This document shows, piece after piece, positions 27,550 through 39,410 of a stretch of 64,000 bases of DNA. The translations under genes and the position numbers were made by a program. Below the pieces are notes generated by a model. The model was not told the origin of the DNA. It searched no databases and saw only the letters and a program-made list of their open reading frames with translations. This DNA comes from Epiperipatus broadwayi (taxonomy: Eukaryota; Animalia; Onychophora), in assembly GCA_028023455.1 (NCBI GenBank), contig JAQFVV010000003.1:23932001-23996000 (forward strand). Reading direction: 5' to 3'. Every line of letters starts with the position of its first letter. The stretch's first letter is position 1.

Positions 27550-27900
27550 TAATAGCTTTCCTAAGCAGAAACTGTTTCATCTGTTAATATTTGACAATAT
27601 AAGGGTATATATTTCCAAGCATCAATGCTCTTTCTATCAGTGAAGCTCAGATTCCTGGTTAAAATATCTTGCATAATTGTTAATCCAGCATAGAAAATTG
27701 AATATAAATATTGAAGTGACCAGATCTTCACCAAATACCAGCCTCTTTATCAAACTAATAGTATAAAAAAAACCATTTATATATTCCAACTCTATATCTT
27801 ACAGAATTGGAAAGTTTGATCAGTGATAACATCAAGGTTGAAGTTCAAATCAGATTTAAATTAAACAAATTCTCTTTCAATACAACATCAATTCTCACAT
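27550..27900 (-). mobile_element. RNase H relic of an I/Nimb-like non-LTR element
   Basis: SIFYAGL...FTDRKS...YIPLYCQILTDETVS aligns to SIF.AEL...FTDS.S...WIPSH.GI.GNE.AD. Confidence 0.5.
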
Positions 27901-29629
27901 ATCAGAGACAATTTATACTCACTTTAATACCATGTGTAAATAATAACTTCAAAATTGAATATGAAATAAACTAATCAATACAATATGGCATATTGAATTT
28001 AATATAGATATAAATATATAAAACAGATCATAATCCTTTAATTATTCAAATTATTGTGTTCTAATTTCATCATATAAACAATTTCCAGTCTAATTAACAT
28101 ACAATGTATCATTTATACAAATAATTTATTTTTATTTTTTTGTTCTTGATTTTAAACAAAGATGTGGGTTTGGGTCATGGACTCAAAGTTGGAAATAATA
28201 ATTGGATTATTGGAATCTAAGAAGTTAGTTTTAAATCAAAAGGTATTTCTTCCGATTCCAACTAAATGTAAATTGTCATATAATGGAATGCAAATTTCAT
28301 TAGGAAGATGAAATATTATTAGTGGAATTAGTTGCAGAGATAGAAATCTTTGACTTAAAAGTTGCTTAGAAATAAACAGTTTTTTTTTTCATTAAACAAC
28401 TTCATGGCACGGCAGTTTGTAGTTTGAAATGACTTTAGTCTTTAACCAATACTTTAGAGAGTGGTGTTGCTACATTATAACTTGATGATTTACATTGACA
28501 GGTTATGAAATACTATATATGTTGTCAGCTACCAATACTTACACTAATTACAAATGGAGGAGTCAAGAGTATTTAATACCACAAATTGAGGAATCCAGAT
28601 TTCTGTAATCTATTTCTTTTTGTCCAAAGCCTATCATTTTTTCTGGTTTATTCATATTGTACACATTCTCTTCAGTGACATAATAAGATATAACAAAAGT
28701 AGGTGCATATAAAATTAGTAGCATTTATGAATAAAATAAATTTTATGATAACAAATGATAATATTCACAATTTTATAAATTATCAATATTGTCATAAAAT
28801 TGAAGTAAATATAACTAATTATATTGTTTATTGTGTGTGTTTTTTTTTTAAAATAATATGTGCAAATAACAGTATAAAAAGCAATACAGAAACTTCAGAT
28901 CACTCAGCACAAGACAAAGAGTTATATGTTAGGAGTGACAAAAAAGAGATTGAAATGAAATACATGAGTGAAAGAACATTATTACAGACATCATTAAAAA
29001 ATTAAGAGATTGAAATGAAACTAAACTGAACATATTGCTAAAAGAGATGTTAGTAGGTAAAGAGTTGAAGTTTTAGATTGAACAAGAAGAGATTATACTA
29101 ATCATTTCTTAAGTTACCAACAATCTCAACCTGTAGTCAAGGCAACCTCCTTTAACAATAAAGGTGGTACCACCTTTATATATGTTCTGATATGTTTATA
29201 TAGACACTAAAAATTTTAACTTGACTAAGGAGTATGAGATTAATAATGCAAAAAAGTTTAAACAAGCTTTATTAATCAGACAAATATAACCTGTGTTGAA
29301 AGCAGACTATAAAAGATCTAGAAAGAGATCACAAGTTAGATAAATGGATTGAAGAAGTTGGATTACACTTGGAGAAACAATCATCTGGCAATGGATCAAT
29401 AATGGTTGAAAATGATAGTGATGGTAATATATATATATATATATTATTCTTGTGGTATAATGTGTATTTGAGAAGTGAAAAAGAGAGAGAATTAAAAAAA
29501 TCTAGATGATATTATCTGTAATGATTTGTAAATGTTCATAATAATATACTGTAAATATTCTGGAAGTTGATTTATATATATATTGTAATGAGCATGAATA
29601 GCTCTTAAGCAGCTCCAAATATTCCTCAT

Positions 29630-29669
29630 CTTCAGACTGGTTTCTAACTATTAGCTGTCATCAGTGAGG
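29630..29669 (-). ncRNA. Type I hammerhead motif, family B left arm, core intact
   Basis: CCTCA CTGATGA CAGCTAATAGTTA GAAA CCAG TC TGAAG. Confidence 0.75.
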
Positions 29670-30261
29670 CGCTAGGATATTCAGATATTAGATCTAAAAG
29701 GACCAGTTCAAGCCTAGCATTTATCTAATAGTTAACTATTAAATAGAAAATCTGAAATTTTCAGACAGCTATATATTTTCAAATTCAGCTATCTAACTTA
29801 AATAGTCATATAGGACTGAACTAAGTTCAGATACACCATTATTAATAGTTTTAGCAATTTAACATTGCCAAAGTCTCAAGAGTGAAACTATAATTGCATA
29901 TCTGTGACTTAATTCATCATGAGACTTAATTTAATAAGCTTGTACTACAAATGTTATACAATGAGCATCAATATCTCATTAAGTCACATGATATATGACT
30001 TGATTTCCTTGCAATTATAATTTTGCTCTTGAGGCTTTGGTGATGTTATATTGCTAAAGCTATTAATATATGGTGTATCCGAACTTTGTTCACTCCAATA
30101 TGGTTATTTAAGTTAGGTAGCTGGATTTGAGGACATATAAATGTCTGAAAATTTCAGATTTTTAACTTAATAGTTAACTATTAGTTAAATGCTGGGCTTG
30201 AGCTGGTATTTTTAGATCTAATACCTGAATATTTTAGATCTAATATCTGAATATCCTAGTA

Positions 30262-30301
30262 CCTCACTGATGACAGCCAATAGCTAGAAACTGGTCTGGG
30301 G
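30262..30301 (+). ncRNA. Type I hammerhead motif, family B right arm, core intact
   Basis: CCTCA CTGATGA CAGCCAATAGCTA GAAA CTGG TC TGGGG; 5-bp stem I and AGC/GCT stem II. Confidence 0.8.
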
Positions 30302-31101
30302 ATTACTGATATTTGGAAAAGCTTGTTAAGGGCTATTCGTGCTCATTATATAACATTAAGTATTATGATGTATGACTTGATTTCCTTGCATATATATATA
30401 TATATATAGCATATACTTCTTAATTGAACACTTTTCAATGCAATATATAATATAAAATAGAATAATGTTTAATATAAAGTAAGATTATATATATAAGTAT
30501 GTATATATAATAAGCATTAACGGTATGGTTATATATATTTCATATTGTAGTTCTGATGCTGGACTGTTGAAATTGTAAGCAAGCAAGAATAAATTCTGTT
30601 TCATATTATACATTACATTGTAAAGTGTTCATTTAAGGAGTATATGGTATTTTGTAATATAAATGTTACATTATGGAGGACAATAAAATGTTGCCAAAAG
30701 AAATTGTTCTTTTTTTAAAAATTAATATAGTATTTGTTGTTGTTTAACTGTTTTTTGTTATTTCTTAACAATATTTAAAATAATTGGCGGGGGAGGTGGG
30801 TGATTATTGACAAATTTGAAATTTTATTTGACTGATGTTTGTGGCTACACTTATAATTTCTGTTTTATTTTTTTAAGTCTATGAAATGAAACACATTAGT
30901 AAGTGATCTCTAATAATAAACTAATCTGGTAATACAACTGCAGGCAAACTAAGATTGAGTCATTTAGGAATATGCACTAGTATATATATATACAGTATGC
31001 ACCTTACAAAATCATATAATTAATTTGAGAAAGATATTACCAACATAGGTCTCAAAAACAGAAATCACTTGATTGTAGCTAATCTATATGCATGCATATG
31101 T

Positions 31102-31495
31102 TATATAATAAATTTTATTGTATGATAAATTTTAATTAGTATTAGACATCTGGTTGTTATGAACTTTCAGAAGATCGAAAGTTTTATAGACCTGAATATT
31201 GTTTTAAAGTGAATATTTATTACACATCATTAGATGTAATTATTAATCAAATTTATAATCATTTCATGTTTAAATGAAATGCATATTTTAAAAATATTAC
31301 CCTCCTTACCTGAAAATTAATTAAATAAAAATGATATATAATAAATTTTATTGTATGATAAATTTTAATTAGTATCAAACATCTGGTTGTTATGAACTTT
31401 ACCTGAACATTGTTTTAAAATGAGTATTTATTCCACATCATTAGATATTATTGTTAATCAAATTCATAATTATTTTAAATATTCAAATAAAATGG
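31102..31495. repeat. Diverged tandem duplication, period about 233 bp
   Basis: ATATATAATAAATTTTATTGTATGATAAATTTTAATTAGTAT..ACATCTGGTTGTTATGAACTTT at about 31102 and 31335; the second copy has an internal deletion. Confidence 0.9.
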
Positions 31496-32084
31496 TCAAG
31501 ACATTTTCTTTATTCCAAAAACGTTATTCTCTTTCTCAGAAATGAATTAATTGAACAAATCAAAAATTTTACAGCTGGCACATTATACATTTTATTTATA
31601 AATGAAATATGCCTTGCAATCTGTTAGTTTTAATTGTTATAAAAATCTTTAATAAAACCTTTCCTTATTGAATAAAGTTTGCAATAAGATTATGTTGTTT
31701 TTTGACTATTCACTTATTTGTACCAGGTGTCGAGTGATCTTTTTTAAAACTAAAAAATAATTAAAAATTATTAAAGAAGTTATAAGACTATCCCTAGAAT
31801 ATTTGATTATCTACTGATGATAAAATGGTTAAATCTGATGTAGAATATAGTATAAATGTAAATGATGATGTTAAAGTTAGAATTTTAAAGTTTTTAATTA
31901 TGTATTAATTAATTTTCTTTTTTTTAAAATTAAGATGGTTTAATGAAAACAGGGTACAAAAACATTTTGATACAGGCACCAAAAGACTCAATCATGCTAC
32001 TATTTATTTTCACAATAATTATAGATATACTTAATAAATTCCACTTTGCCACATATTCTTCAAGCATATAAATAAAGTCACATG

Positions 32085-32490
32085 AGAAGACAAATGAACC
32101 TTAGATTCATTTCACGCTAAACCAGAATTCATCAGATAGTTTAGGTCATAAAATCTTACACATATCTTTATCATTTATGCAGTATTTATCAATAGTAAAT
32201 TGTTACATTTTGATTTGCAAATGTCAAACTTACTTGACTCACAGTCTTGACACAAAGCAATTCAAATAAATATTTCAGTGATTATCACTAACTATTTATT
32301 AAACTAGAAATTATTCCTGGCACAGATATAACCTTCGAATGAGTTAAAGATTAATATATCTGTTTTGTAATTAAATACACACATATGGAGCATTTCATTT
32401 CTGTATTTCAATCTGTATTATCTTTTATAGATATATTTAATAGCCTTCATTCCTTCATGTATTCTTCAGACATATGAAAAAAAACTTTTC
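32085..32490 (-). mobile_element. Family C copy C1 (about one monomer)
   Basis: Collinear with 38422-38910 (TATCAA.AGTAAAT...TGTCAAA.TTA...GATTATCACTAA...ATTAATATATCTGTTTT). Confidence 0.75.
32100..32139 (-). ncRNA. Type I hammerhead motif, family C
   Basis: CTGATGA ATTCTG GTT TAGCGT GAAA TGAA TC. Core intact; stems I and III decayed. Confidence 0.6.
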
Positions 32491-33399
32491 TTGTATTTCT
32501 GGTTTGTGTTTTTGAATTGAGAGTTCCATGTGCAGTCATTATTACATCTGATTGGCTGTCACATAAGCATTTTTAAGGCACATCTGTCGAAGGTTTTAGC
32601 CTTTCACATTATTATTCTCAGTAAAAAAAAAAACTCATTAGACTCATTTTTCTCTTTCATCATCATATACAATGGTCTGTTATTTGTTTTAATAAGCTTG
32701 TAATGAAAGCATGTCAGTTTTTTTTTGTTATTGTACAGTGAAAAAAAACATTTGTAATCATATAATTTAAGTATTAATTAGAAAAATTTAAAACTTTCCA
32801 ACTTCATTTGACCCTTAATAATGACTCACATGTAAATCTGTAATACAATATGTGAAAAGGTATTATTCTCACTTCATTAGAGATAATACTGATGTGACCA
32901 ATAACAAATACTAGCATGAGAATCTAATCAGTGATTTCTGAATTCATAAACAATAAATTTAAAATGACACTTTAAATAACTATGCTATTCTGTGAAAAGA
33001 TTAAGAGACAATTAGAGAATTATGTTAAAATCAGTCTCAAAGATTTAATAGAATAGACTACCTATTAGAGTGTCATCTTAATTAAATTATATTCATGGAT
33101 GTAGATGTCATGGTTCAACTTACATTCTAGTGTTGCAGATCAGGTCAATAATATCTTAAGATGAGAATAATATCACTCTAAACATTATGTTAAAAGTTAA
33201 AGATTGAATGTATTTGAAAAAGTTAATTAAAGTTTGTATTTTTTTTTTGAAAATATTTAACATTTAAACTAGATGGTGGAAATAATAGCATATATAATTA
33301 CAGGTAAATACCATCATACCAAAAATTTGGGACAAGCATGAAAGAGAACAAATAATTATTAAAAAAAAAACAATTACTTTATTTTGTAACTTTATCTTT

Positions 33400-33935
33400 C
33401 TTATTGCATTGCCCAGTCCATTATAATATTAATATCATTTACATTCTTTATTACTTTTTTCAATGCTTTTCTATAACCCACTATTATAATAACGTGAAAG
33501 CTAAACACCTTCAAAAACAACCCCTTTAAAATGCTTACATAAACCCAAAGAGAGGGGAAAATGGACACAAGGGCCAAACTTTAAAAAAAAACAAAAAAAA
33601 AATAAAAAAAAAAGGGCCCTAATTATTCCTAAAATATATTTAAATAAAAAAAAAAAAATATTGAAAAAGAAGGTGGAGATAAAACCTTCACAACTTAACC
33701 CTTATTCCATTTTTTTTTTTTTTTTTAAAAATTTTTAAAAGAGTTTTTTTTGGAGGGGGTTTTTTTTTTTTTATAATATTTTTTTTTTAAATTTTATTAT
33801 TTATAACCCACTATTGTATTGTGTTTGTTATAGTTCTGAAGAAGATTACTGGGGCAATTGAAACTGTCAATAGTGGGTTGTAAAAAAACATTGTATAAAA
33901 GTAATAAAGAATATAGATGATATTAATATTATATT
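33400..33935. repeat. Inverted repeat (33422-33485 / 33869-33933) around a homopolymer-rich core
   Basis: TATAATATTAATATCATTTACATTCTTTATTACTTTT...AACCCACTATT versus AATAGTGGGTTG...AAAGTAATAAAGAATATAGATGATATTAATATTATA. Confidence 0.8.
33831..33873 (+). ncRNA. Type I hammerhead motif (third family)
   Basis: TAGTT CTGAAGA A GATTAC TGGG GCAATT GAAA CTG TC AATAG. Stem II has 5 of 6 pairs and stem I has 4 of 5 pairs including G.U. Confidence 0.6.
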
Positions 33936-34869
33936 TTGTTTTGCTTATGCTATAGTTTTTAATATATAATTACTTGAAGAAGTAATAGATTGAATTCATT
34001 AATACCATTTGGCTAATCAAACTGAGAATTTTTTTTACTATTTGAAAAACTGTATCTTTTAAATAGATATTTATACATCATATAATGTGAATTAGCTAAA
34101 TCTCATACCTTAAGTCAATTAAAAAATTTTTTCAGTTGTTTATCTAGTATTTTTGCAAGAGAAAATAGTAGCTTTTAAATGTTCTTAAATAAAAAAAAAT
34201 AACTTTCTTCCCTATTCCTGAGAAAGTGCCCAAGTATCCCTTATATAATAGTATCATTCTTTTTCTCTAGCACTGGGATAATCAGGTACCAAGGACAGTA
34301 GAAGGCATTGATTGCAGAATTATGATTTACATGTGGCTAGTAGATTTTGTTATTCGAGGCCACAAGATAATTCTAGGCTATAGCAGTAACACAGAATTGT
34401 GTGGCTCAATTCAAATAATTGAAAATTTTTAAACTTAAAAGGTATAATAAGATCACTAGATGTGATGTAAAATGTATCAATAAAAAGCAAACTGATACTG
34501 GCTATACTGATTTCAGGACCATTTTATTTATGCCTAAAAGACTGTAAAATAACTGACACATTGCAAGTAAATCAATAATGGCTTTTTTTTAAGCAAAAGA
34601 CAAATTATTCACCATTTTTTTCACTGCAATATATTCTTTTTGAAAATTACCTTTAATATTTTTAGGGGTCTTTTGTCTTGAAGAGAGTTATTATCTTTTT
34701 TTTTTTTATTTCTAAATATTTCTCTACCTATTTATGAGTAAACTTTTGTGTCTTTTGTCTTCAAAACTAGAATTTTATAGAAGCTGTAGTTCACTCATAT
34801 AATTGAATTAGGATGAAATACATAGAATGAGTGTCAAAATGAAAATAGAAATCTAGTTTTAAAAGGAAT

Positions 34870-35200
34870 ATTACTGCTTGCCCATTTTTAAGTCCTGCTA
34901 GACAAAATATCATAACCAGAGTACTGCCAGCTGACATGAAAATTCTAACAATCAGGGATACTATAAAGAGTGGTGTCTTTGCTGCAATTAGAATGGGAAT
35001 GTTCTTGCTTCATGTCATGTGGTTAATGAGGAATTATTTCATTTTTAAATGAGAAAGTAAAGAACCATGGGAGGTGTGTAAAAAAATTATTCAAAGGACT
35101 ATATTTAGGGATCGCTTATTAATGCTGGAAATGCTCTTCGGGGACACTTGGGGGCAACTTAGGCCACTGGATGAAGAGCCAATCCTCAGGCATGCTAATT
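34870..35200 (+). mobile_element. L1/Tx1-like ORF2 C-terminal fragment
   Basis: One frame, one stop: ...MFLLHVMWLMRNYFIFK*ESKEPWEVCKKIIQRTIFRDRLL...; the W..RN..IF motif parallels the element at 1100-1170. Confidence 0.55.
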
Positions 35201-35667
35201 AAAAATTAATTCAAGATTTAAAAAATGGTTCAGTTAGATGGAGAATGACAATTGATCACTGTCAATCAAAATATGGACTGCACAATGATCACTGGCTAAG
35301 TCACTAAATGAAGAGCCAGTTGTTCTGATATAAAACTAGTACACAATAATTATAGACTAAGTTTGAACGATGAGCTTCTTGCTCTGATCATGAAATTAAT
35401 TTGTCATAATAATAACTAATGTATCAAATGGGCATATTTTCTAATTTGGAAAATTATTTACTAATGATTGTTATAATATGTGTAACAAATCCAAACAAAT
35501 GTATACCAACAAGATTTATATTGTAATTGTAAGTGTATTTTCCTTAATAAAAAAACAAAAACAATAATTGCTGTATTTGGACTTTTAATAATACATTCAA
35601 ACACACATTTTTTTTATATTCCAATTAATATAAATAATTTTGATAATTGATTAATTAAGAAGAATTA

Positions 35668-36095
35668 TAATCAAGGCAGATGATTTAGGAAAGGTGCAGT
35701 TGAAACATGATTTGGAGAAGTGTACAATCACAGTGGATATTATTAAAAGAGTATAATCAGAATAAATTGTTTAAAATGAAATTAATTGGAATGAATGATA
35801 TAAGAAAAATATATTCAAAGTGAAACATTTAGGAAATCTATAATTGGAATGAATGGATATAATCAGAAGAAAAATTTAGGAAGGGAATAATCACAATGAG
35901 TGTTTTAGAAAAAGTGTAATAAGAGCAGATGATTTAGAAAGAAATAAAAGAAGAGACTTAGGAAAGACATAATCAGAGTGAATGATTTTAAAAAGATAGA
36001 ATCAGGGAGCAATGATATTGAAAATATATAATCAAAGTAGGTGATTTATTTAGGAAGTCCGAATAGATAATTTGGATAAGGTATATTATAAGAGT
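35668..36095 (+). repeat. Degenerate purine-rich minisatellite, about 28-30 bp unit, about 14 copies
   Basis: Recurrent ATAATCAGAGYRRATGATTTAGGAAA variants at a regular spacing. Confidence 0.7.
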
Positions 36096-36169
36096 AGGTC
36101 AAAAAAATTTGTGGGCTCTGATTTATTGAGCCAAATAAAATTTGTGTAAGTGCCCATTAAAATAAAATA

Positions 36170-37110
36170 AAACTTTAATTTGACGAAAGAATCGTAAATT
36201 CTTAAGCGATCTAATAGTTGAAATTTTTTTATGCCAATCAAAATATTAGATAGTGTTAAACAAATGTTATTTAATCTTTTAAAAGTTATCTAATCTTTAA
36301 ATATTTTTAGGCTTTTAGTTTTAAAAAATTTATCTTGTCGACTCACTTGATTTGTGTTTTGCTACACTATGAATAATTAATGTAATTTAATCTTTAAAAA
36401 AAAACTTTAAGATTATTTTTATTTATATTATTTTTGTTGTTGTTGACAGAAATATACTAAATGTGAAATTGAAAGTATTTGATTATGAGTAATCTCTAAG
36501 AATTTATAAATAAAATATAAGAAGAGATTACATCGCCTTTCTTTAATTTTGTCGTTAAAAATATTTTTTAAAAGTAGAAAATAAAATTTAATTTCTTCTT
36601 TTAATGAGGAAAACTGCCTTAAGAGATTAATTTGAAAATAAATGACTATCTTTGGATTTTTAATTTGAAAGAATTAAAAAATTCCATGGATGAAAATAAT
36701 GACAGTCCATTCATTTTTAACACTGCGTAAAAAAAAAAATCGGGATATTCAAAATGTTATTAAAATAATTGATAATATTTTGAAAAATATTAAAATGACT
36801 GATTTATCATATACGTACGCGCGCGCGCCACTCACAAACATTTTAAATGGAAACCTCAAAGCAATCATTAACACAGATTGAATCTTAAAAGATTTGTTTA
36901 ATTCTAATGAAAAATGATAATTATTCTTCATTAAAATAATCTTTCCTGTAACTTAAAAGGTTTAAATCGATTTAAATCGAACATCGCAATTATCTTTACT
37001 AACCCAATATTGAAAAGAAAAAAGCAGTGGAAAACTAAAACTATAAGATTTATATAACTTAAATCGTAATATTAAAACTCTATCTCATCAGCAGCGGCCA
37101 TTTGCAAATG
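36170..37110 (-). promoter_or_regulatory. CpG-retaining patch; putative promoter or first exon (minus)
   Basis: About 20 CpG in about 0.95 kb including TACGTACGCGCGCGCGCC, versus about 2 in 13.2-16.1 kb (hand count). Minus-strand GTGAGT donor at 36835-36830; YY1-like CAAATGGCCGC near 37095. Confidence 0.4.
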
Positions 37111-37449
37111 ATTATTGCCACTCCAAAAGAAAAAAAAAGTTGAAGGCAAATAATGACAACAACAAATAAAAATATATGTGATGTGATGTACTGTGACTTC
37201 TCCTTATACTGAGTCAGGAATCTCTCAGCAACTATGCCCAGATAAACCTGTTAACCACTTTATCTTCCATTCCCCACTCTAAATTTTCCCATATTCTGCT
37301 CCATCCCATTCCCACAACATAATTTTTGTCAACTCTATAGCCTTTATATCTAAATCCCCCTTATTTTTCCCAAACCAGCATAAAAAACAATAATCCACTT
37401 TCTGTATAATCACTTTTTTCATATTTATTCTTCCATAACTTTATTATTT

Positions 37450-38320
37450 ATACCCTTTCTGTTTTCAAGCATTTACATTCAACTAACAAATGCCTAATAT
37501 TTTCTATTCCATCCTTACACAATTTACTGACTAAATCACCCATATTTTTCCATTTACATGTATATTCCCTTGTTGATAAAGATCCCGTTCTAGCCTTAAA
37601 CAGTAAACTACTTTCCTTACTATTATCATATATTAACTCGCACCTAATATTCTGTTTACTTCTATATATATTTAAACTCTTTTTACTCTCCATACTAGTT
37701 CTCCATCTCACTAACTCCCTATTCTTTATTAATAAATCTTATTCTTTTATCCCATTCTTACCACTATAACACTCAACAATCTTCCTAACACAATCATCCC
37801 GTACAAATATACTGATATAAATACTTTATCCAAATCTTTTGCATACCGCCTTACCTTTCTCACCCATCTTGTTACCTGCCCTTTACTTGTAACCCAATTA
37901 AATATTATTTTGGCTATTCTTTTATTATCCATAAACTGCAATCTACCAAACATTTTCATTTTACTTTTTGCATCTCTCATATAAAAACTTGACCAACCAA
38001 TTTCTCCTTGAATTGCCTCCCTTGTGGTCCATACATCTGCATCCAATGCATGTCTTCCTACTTCCCTTTATTTTTTTAAATCTAATACCCCTTTACTAAC
38101 ACATAACACACCATTACCATATGTTAACCCTGCTACTGCAACTCCCTTCCATATAATTCTAGAAACATCATATTTATTATAGGAAAACACTGTTAATTTT
38201 TTTCTCAATCCCTTTCTTTTCTTTGCTTCATTTATCAATTTTTTTTTTCCATTCATTCAAACATTTTTTTCTGATTACTTAAGATAATTCCCAAATAACT
38301 ATATCTATTCACCACACTTA
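37450..38320 (-). mobile_element. Non-LTR retrotransposon relic: RT C-terminus and zinc-finger region
   Basis: YSYLGII; YNKYDVSRIIWKGVAVAGLTYGNGVLC; EAIQGEIGWSSF; LLFKARTGSL...LCKDGIENIRHLLVEC. Confidence 0.85.
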
Positions 38321-38421
38321 ACTTTATATCCCCAATAATAATAATGATGATGATGATGGAAAGCAGCACCGTCAAGCGGTGAGGTGAAGTGTATATACTA
38401 TTATCATAATATTTTGTTTTA

Positions 38422-38910
38422 TAGTGTCAAACTTATTCCAATCACAATTTTGAAATGATCCACTTAAGATAAATACAATAATGATTATCACTAATCATTT
38501 ATTAAACCAGAGATTATATGTAGCCCAGATATAAACTTTAAACCTTAGCTAGATATTAATATATCTGTTTTTTTAAATTAAACACACACACATGGGGTAA
38601 TTCATCTTCATTTCTCTTTCTCCATGAGTAATATGTTTAATAGATGTACTTAATAATCTCATACCACCAAACATTTTTTTTAAAAACATATGAATAAATG
38701 TTAAAAACCCAAGTGACTCTCAAAGATGCATTTTGGGCTAAATCAGCACTCATTAGTTGGCCCAGACCACCATCTCTCATATATATGTCCATCATATATG
38801 TTCAATATGTATCAACAGTAAATGGTAATACGTTGATTTAAAAGTGTCAAATTTATTTCACTTATAACTTCAACATGATCCACTATAGATAAATACAACA
38901 ATGATTATCT
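38422..38910 (-). mobile_element. Family C partial tandem array (420-bp monomer plus partial second copy)
   Basis: GTGTCAAA.TTATT...ATGATCCACT..AGATAAATACAA.AATGATTATC at 38424 and 38844. Confidence 0.85.
38721..38760 (-). ncRNA. Type I hammerhead motif, family C (core mutated)
   Basis: CCAA CTAATGA GTGCTG ATT TAGCCC AAAA TGCA TC TTTG. Confidence 0.6.
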
Positions 38911-38920
38911 TGAAAGGTCA

Positions 38921-39410
38921 TTTATCTTTTTAAGATATCTTTATTCATATGCTTTAAAAAGAATGTTATGGCATGGAAGTTATTAAACATAACTATAAAA
39001 ATATTACCCATGGGAAAAAAGAAATAAAGTTGAATTACTTCATGTGCATGTGTTTGTTTAAAAAAATCACATATTAATCATTAACTAAGGTTTAAAATAT
39101 GTATCTGGACTAGAAATAATCTATAGTTTTATAAATGATCAATGGTAGTCATTATTGTATTTATCTAGGGTGGAGCATGTCAAAATTACGAATGAAATAA
39201 GTTTTCCACTTATAAAACAAATTGTACAATTTACTATTGATAAATACCAAATATATAATTGAGATATATGTGAGAGATGGTGATCTGGGCAAACTGATGA
39301 GTGGTTGAGCATGAAATGCATCTTGGGAGTTGTTTATCTTTTAAAATATTTTTATTCCTAAGTTTTAAAAAGAACATTTGATGGTATGGAGGTTATTAAG
39401 AACATCTTTA
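38921..39410 (+). mobile_element. Family C partial tandem array (411-bp monomer plus about 75 bp), inverted relative to 38422-38910
   Basis: TTATTC...TTTAAAAAGAA...ATGG.ATGGA.GTTATTAA repeats at 38941 and 39352; the body is the reverse complement of the left array. Confidence 0.85.
39290..39326 (+). ncRNA. Type I hammerhead motif, family C, core intact
   Basis: CAAA CTGATGA GTG GTTGAG CAT GAAA TGCA TC TTGG; helix III is the palindrome ATGCAT. Confidence 0.7.

Larger units (their letters stand above)
29587..30347. mobile_element. Family B: about 760-bp palindromic insertion, one HHR per arm; related to family A
   Basis: Arms of about 330 bp, e.g. AATGAGCATGAATAGC / GCTATTCGTGCTCATT and GGATATTCAGATATTAGATCTAAAA / TTTTAGATCTAATATCTGAATATCC. 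Shares the HHR region and GTCATATAGG..GAACTAAGTTCAG with A2/A4. Confidence 0.9.

Noticed and set aside
28536-28720. Minus-strand exon ending at a GTAAGT donor
   Set aside because: All three frames contain stops before the donor; no homology recognised.
29110-29150. Short repeat (also about 18635-18675) with HHR-like spacing and a 6-bp outer stem on the minus strand
   Set aside because: Both copies read GAGA and TT and have two core mismatches; too degenerate to call.
35668-36095. CRISPR-like array
   Set aside because: Contiguous degenerate units with no unique spacers, in a eukaryotic context with no cas genes.
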